From Octopus sinensis (taxonomy: Eukaryota), in the NCBI RefSeq assembly GCF_006345805.1, contig NW_021827174.1, positions 1-10,948 on the forward strand: 10,948 nucleotides of DNA, read 5' to 3'. Shown here piece by piece: positions 7,734-10,948 of this stretch. Position numbers and translations under genes: made by a program. Below the pieces are notes generated by a model that searched no databases, was not told where the DNA came from, and was given only the letters and a program-made list of their open reading frames with translations. Within the stretch, counting starts at the first letter, position 1. Each line of letters opens with the position of its first letter.

Positions 7734-8132
7734 CTAGCAGTATCGCCCGGCGTTGCTCGGATTTGTAAGGGAAATAACTATATAAGCATTTTTAGAGAGT
7801 TATAGCCAAAAAATAGCAAAAAAATGCATTAAAAATGGAAAAGAAAATGATGGTAAATTTTTTTTAAATCGTTGACTCATCGTAGACATTTTTAGAGAGT
7901 TACTTCCCTTATATAATAGCGAAAAGAATGCATTAAAATGGGAAAAAATGATGGTAAATTTTTTTTGAAATCGTAGACTCATCGTAGACGCACGCTAATA
8001 CACAGAAGGGCTCGATATGAATCACGACTATAAGGTACCCGGTTTTGGTTAAACTGCACCGCAAAATGTGGGAGTAGTTAGGAATCTAAATGGTAGGAGA
8101 CAGACACACAACTTCACTTTTATATATAAAGA
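7734..8132 (-). mobile_element. Non-autonomous Helitron, copy 2
   Basis: On the minus strand it has 5'-TC (8132-8131), 3'-CTAG (7737-7734), an A|T insertion site and the same CCG-A-GC-AAC-GC-CGG hairpin. It is colinear with 1439-1825 at roughly 90% identity by manual alignment. Confidence 0.88.
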
Positions 8133-8198
8133 TTATTAGATAATAAAACGAATTGTTTTTATACCTGGTAGCTTACTGGTAAAGCACAATTACTTTCA

Positions 8199-8471
8199 CA
8201 GTATTATAAATCCATTACGGCTGACCTTACTAATCAGTTTGGCACTAGGGGTTCAACGGAGTGTTAGGTAACAGTCCGATTATGTAACACTGCACTCAGC
8301 AGAGGTAACCGTTATGGAATGAAATATGGCGACTGCTCCTCATATTTCATTCCATAACAGTAAACCTCTGATGAGTGCAGGGTTACATAATCGGACTGTT
8401 ACCTAACACTCCGTTGAACCCCTAGTACCAAACCGATTAGTAAGGTCAGCCGTAATGGATTTATAATACTG
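8199..8471. mobile_element. Fold-back (palindromic) MITE with 130/131-bp arms and a 12-nt spacer
   Basis: Arms 8199-8328 and 8341-8471 differ by 6 substitutions plus 1 indel (about 95%). The spacer is GCGACTGCTCCT, and the termini CAGTATTATAAATCC...GGATTTATAATACTG are flanked by CA on both sides. Confidence 0.88.
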
Positions 8472-8552
8472 CACACTTTGATTAATATATCTACTCTACT
8501 GAAAGATATACGAGTGCATGTTTCCTGACTAATGGACACTTAGACGGCTTCA

Positions 8553-8577
8553 CGCACATATACATATACAAACATAC

Positions 8578-8627
<50 letters not shown>

Positions 8628-8735
8628 TTATATATAATATATATATATATATAAATTAATAAATAAAACCTATGCATATATACATACATATATGTACGTA
8701 CCTACCTCTACATGTATATATACATGCATATATAC
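8553..8735. repeat. (CATA)n/(TA)n microsatellite
   Basis: Read directly. Confidence 0.92.
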
Positions 8736-8739
8736 AGGA

Positions 8740-9010
8740 CACCAAAAAAACGTCGAACACAATGAGAAACAAAACATAAACACAAAACCAAGGAACTGGA
8801 CATTTTTCTTAAACAACGAAAAAATAGAGTACAGGACAAATAACACAAGGAAAATTCCCCTTCTTCAGACGCCATGGTTTCATCTACTCTGCGTTTCGAA
8901 GGTGAATGCGATACGCATCCTCGATAGAAACTTTCCTTCCCGCGAAAAGCAAATTAAATAAAAGTTGAGATCTTTTTGCGGGAGGGGTAAAAATGGTAAG
9001 ATTGTTCTTG
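8740..9010. repeat. Fragment of an interspersed repeat, possibly a Penelope-like terminal region
   Basis: Resembles, from recall only, a recurrent octopus repeat. The minus strand has CGAAACGC and GTCTGAAGAAGG motifs of the kind seen in Penelope-like termini. No ORF support. Confidence 0.3.
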
Positions 9011-9026
9011 ATATATATATATATAT

Positions 9027-9078
<52 letters not shown>
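9011..9078. repeat. (TA)n microsatellite
   Basis: Read directly. Confidence 0.95.
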
Positions 9079-9080
<2 letters not shown>

Positions 9081-10074
9081 ACAGGAACTTCTTTAAGTTT
9101 TATGCTCGAAAAGTACAATAATCTAACAGATTTGCATAGCGGACCGTACATAGTCCAGTAATAGTTCAAGCGCAAAAGACATGACAACACCATGAGGAAA
9201 TGCGAGAGAAAATAAAACACGAGAAAATGTTAAGAGAAAAAGAGAAGAAACTGTTAAGAAGAAAGGAGAATAAAGGTTATGTCTTTAACAAATCAGATGA
9301 AGAATATTGAAATATTGAGTGTTTATAGAGAAAATAACTATACCTAATAAGGAAAAGATTAAAGTGCGTTAAACTGAATCGCTGACCCGATGATAGGGAC
9401 ATCTTCCTGTTCGATTACAAAAACTTGTCGAAATGCCTACATATTGTAAAACCTCTGATCTCGAGTTCAGAGATTAAGGGTGTATGTTCTTTCCGCTATA
9501 CTGAGTGTGCAATTTTTCAATCCTTTAAGATATGGCTTACATCTTTTACCGATGCTGGTGTTTGTCATATTGCTTTCATTCAATTCCTAGATACGACATA
9601 CTAACTTCGTACATTCATTTTTGTCTACGCGCTTGAAAGACGAGTGGAACTGGCATATCTATTTTTTAAGTCACTTGTTTTTATAGATATATGTACCTCC
9701 ATGTTTAGATCAGCTTGCTAGAAATAAAACCGAAGACCCAATCATGTTTCAAATTATAGTTTTCGAAAAGGAAGGACACGTTAGAAAATATAAACTTTGA
9801 CAGACAAAAGAGGCGTTTTGGTTACAGCTGCAAAATTCTGCTTGTTTGTCGACTCCTTCATAGCTAGGAATAAATAACTATATATGTTACCAGACAACAG
9901 AGAATCCTCTATGTAAGAAATCCCCAAAACTTCTTCAAAAATTCACCCCTTTAGCTTCTTGCATTTCATCTTCTACTACCCACATTCACACCTATACACT
10001 AAAATAATCGTTACATTTAAACTCGCTTGTCATCGTGAAGACGCCTCCTTTAAGATCGCGCGTTAGTACATACT

Positions 10075-10200
10075 GACTATATGTACATTTGTGTTCATAC
10101 ATACACACGTTCATACATAGAAGCACACACACACGCACACACACACGCACACACACACACACACACGCACACACACTCACGCACACGCACGTATGTATTT
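10075..10200. repeat. (CA)n/(CACG)n microsatellite
   Basis: Read directly. Confidence 0.92.
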
Positions 10201-10268
10201 TTGTGCGAGTAAAAATATCCATGATGCAGGTGTGTTATCAATGCTTTATCGTTTTATTAGAGTTCATT

Positions 10269-10360
10269 TGACGTCTCACGTGACCGGATGTAGTAATGCG
10301 TTACCGACATCAAACATTACGACAGCTGTACCAGGCAAAGGGAATGGCCACAAAATGGCG
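10269..10360. promoter_or_regulatory. Candidate promoter/enhancer motif cluster (CRE-like, E-box, ETS, YY1)
   Basis: TGACGTCT 10269-10276, TCACGTGAC 10276-10284, ACCGGATGT 10283-10291, CAGCTG 10323-10328 and CAAAATGGCG 10351-10360, in a locally CpG-retaining island. Motif match only. Confidence 0.35.
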
Positions 10361-10379
10361 AACACAACACATGCGTATG

Positions 10380-10437
10380 AACGCACACAGAAACACACAT
10401 ACACACATACACATGCATATACATCCATACGTATATT

Positions 10438-10500
<63 letters not shown>

Positions 10501-10620
10501 GTGTGTGTGTGTGTGTGTGTGTGCATATGCATTTATATACATGCTTGTTTTTTATATATAGAAACATATACATATGTACATAAGTGTATATATATTATAT
10601 AATATATTATATATTATATC

Positions 10621-10655
<35 letters not shown>

Positions 10656-10740
10656 TGTGTATGTGTGTGGTGTGTGTGTAAGTGGTGTTTGATTGTGTGT
10701 GGTGCGCGCGCGCATGTGTGTTTGTGTGTATGTGAGAGAG
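10380..10740. repeat. Compound (CA)n-(TA)n-(TG)n microsatellite field
   Basis: Read directly. Confidence 0.93.
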
Positions 10741-10854
10741 TGCTATGTATATAAACAGTTGTGTGGCTCTTGTAAATTAAAATACAGGTATCAGAATGTA
10801 TAGGTAACTTTGTGATTGTGCATCACTGTCTGTGGTCTGTCTGTTGTAGGTCTG

Positions 10855-10893
10855 ACTCTCTCTCTCTCTCTCCTCTCTTAGATATATATATAG

Positions 10894-10927
<34 letters not shown>

Positions 10928-10948
10928 TATATATATGTATGTATATAT
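10855..10948. repeat. (CT)n-(TA)n microsatellite
   Basis: Read directly; runs to the window end. Confidence 0.95.

Noticed and set aside
7414-7737. 107-codon stop-free plus-strand frame
   Set aside because: No ATG until the last 16 codons, no recognisable motif, it runs through a TIR, and its stop is supplied by the Helitron CTAG.
8197-8203. CACAGTA resembling a V(D)J RSS heptamer or RAG-like transposon end
   Set aside because: No nonamer at 12 or 23 bp, the other end is not symmetric (TACTGCAC), and there is no transposase. Kept only as an alternative boundary hypothesis.
9386-9604. 72-codon open frame without ATG (DDRDIFLFDYKNL...) and a possible 46-nt minus-strand micro-exon with a GTAAG donor near 9540
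   Set aside because: No recognisable domain and no polypyrimidine tract at the candidate acceptor. Not supportable without RNA-seq.

Overview
AT-rich, microsatellite-dense eukaryotic non-coding DNA (intron or intergenic) with no supportable host protein-coding gene. The repeat complement, recognised from recall rather than a search, resembles an Octopus/coleoid cephalopod genome. The window is a stack of decayed mobile elements: a CR1-like LINE 3' end (42-436, -), two tRNA-derived SINEs (857-1276 -, 3843-4103 +), two ~390-bp non-autonomous Helitrons in inverted orientation (1439-1825 +, 7734-8132 -), a mariner (about 3156-4797, -) carrying a nested hAT MITE and one of the SINEs, an RTE reverse-transcriptase fragment (about 5530-6710, -), a 47-bp-TIR element (7316-7670) and a 273-bp near-perfect fold-back (8199-8471). 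The most unusual signal is a repair-like scar in the nested SINE: an exact 19-bp piece of the RTE coding strand from 1.9 kb away, followed by iterated copies of the local flank. Similar deletion-plus-duplication scars occur in the mariner and the RTE. A compact CRE/E-box/ETS/YY1 motif cluster lies at 10269-10360. Most listed ORFs are microsatellite artefacts, and I see no convincing new multi-gene system.
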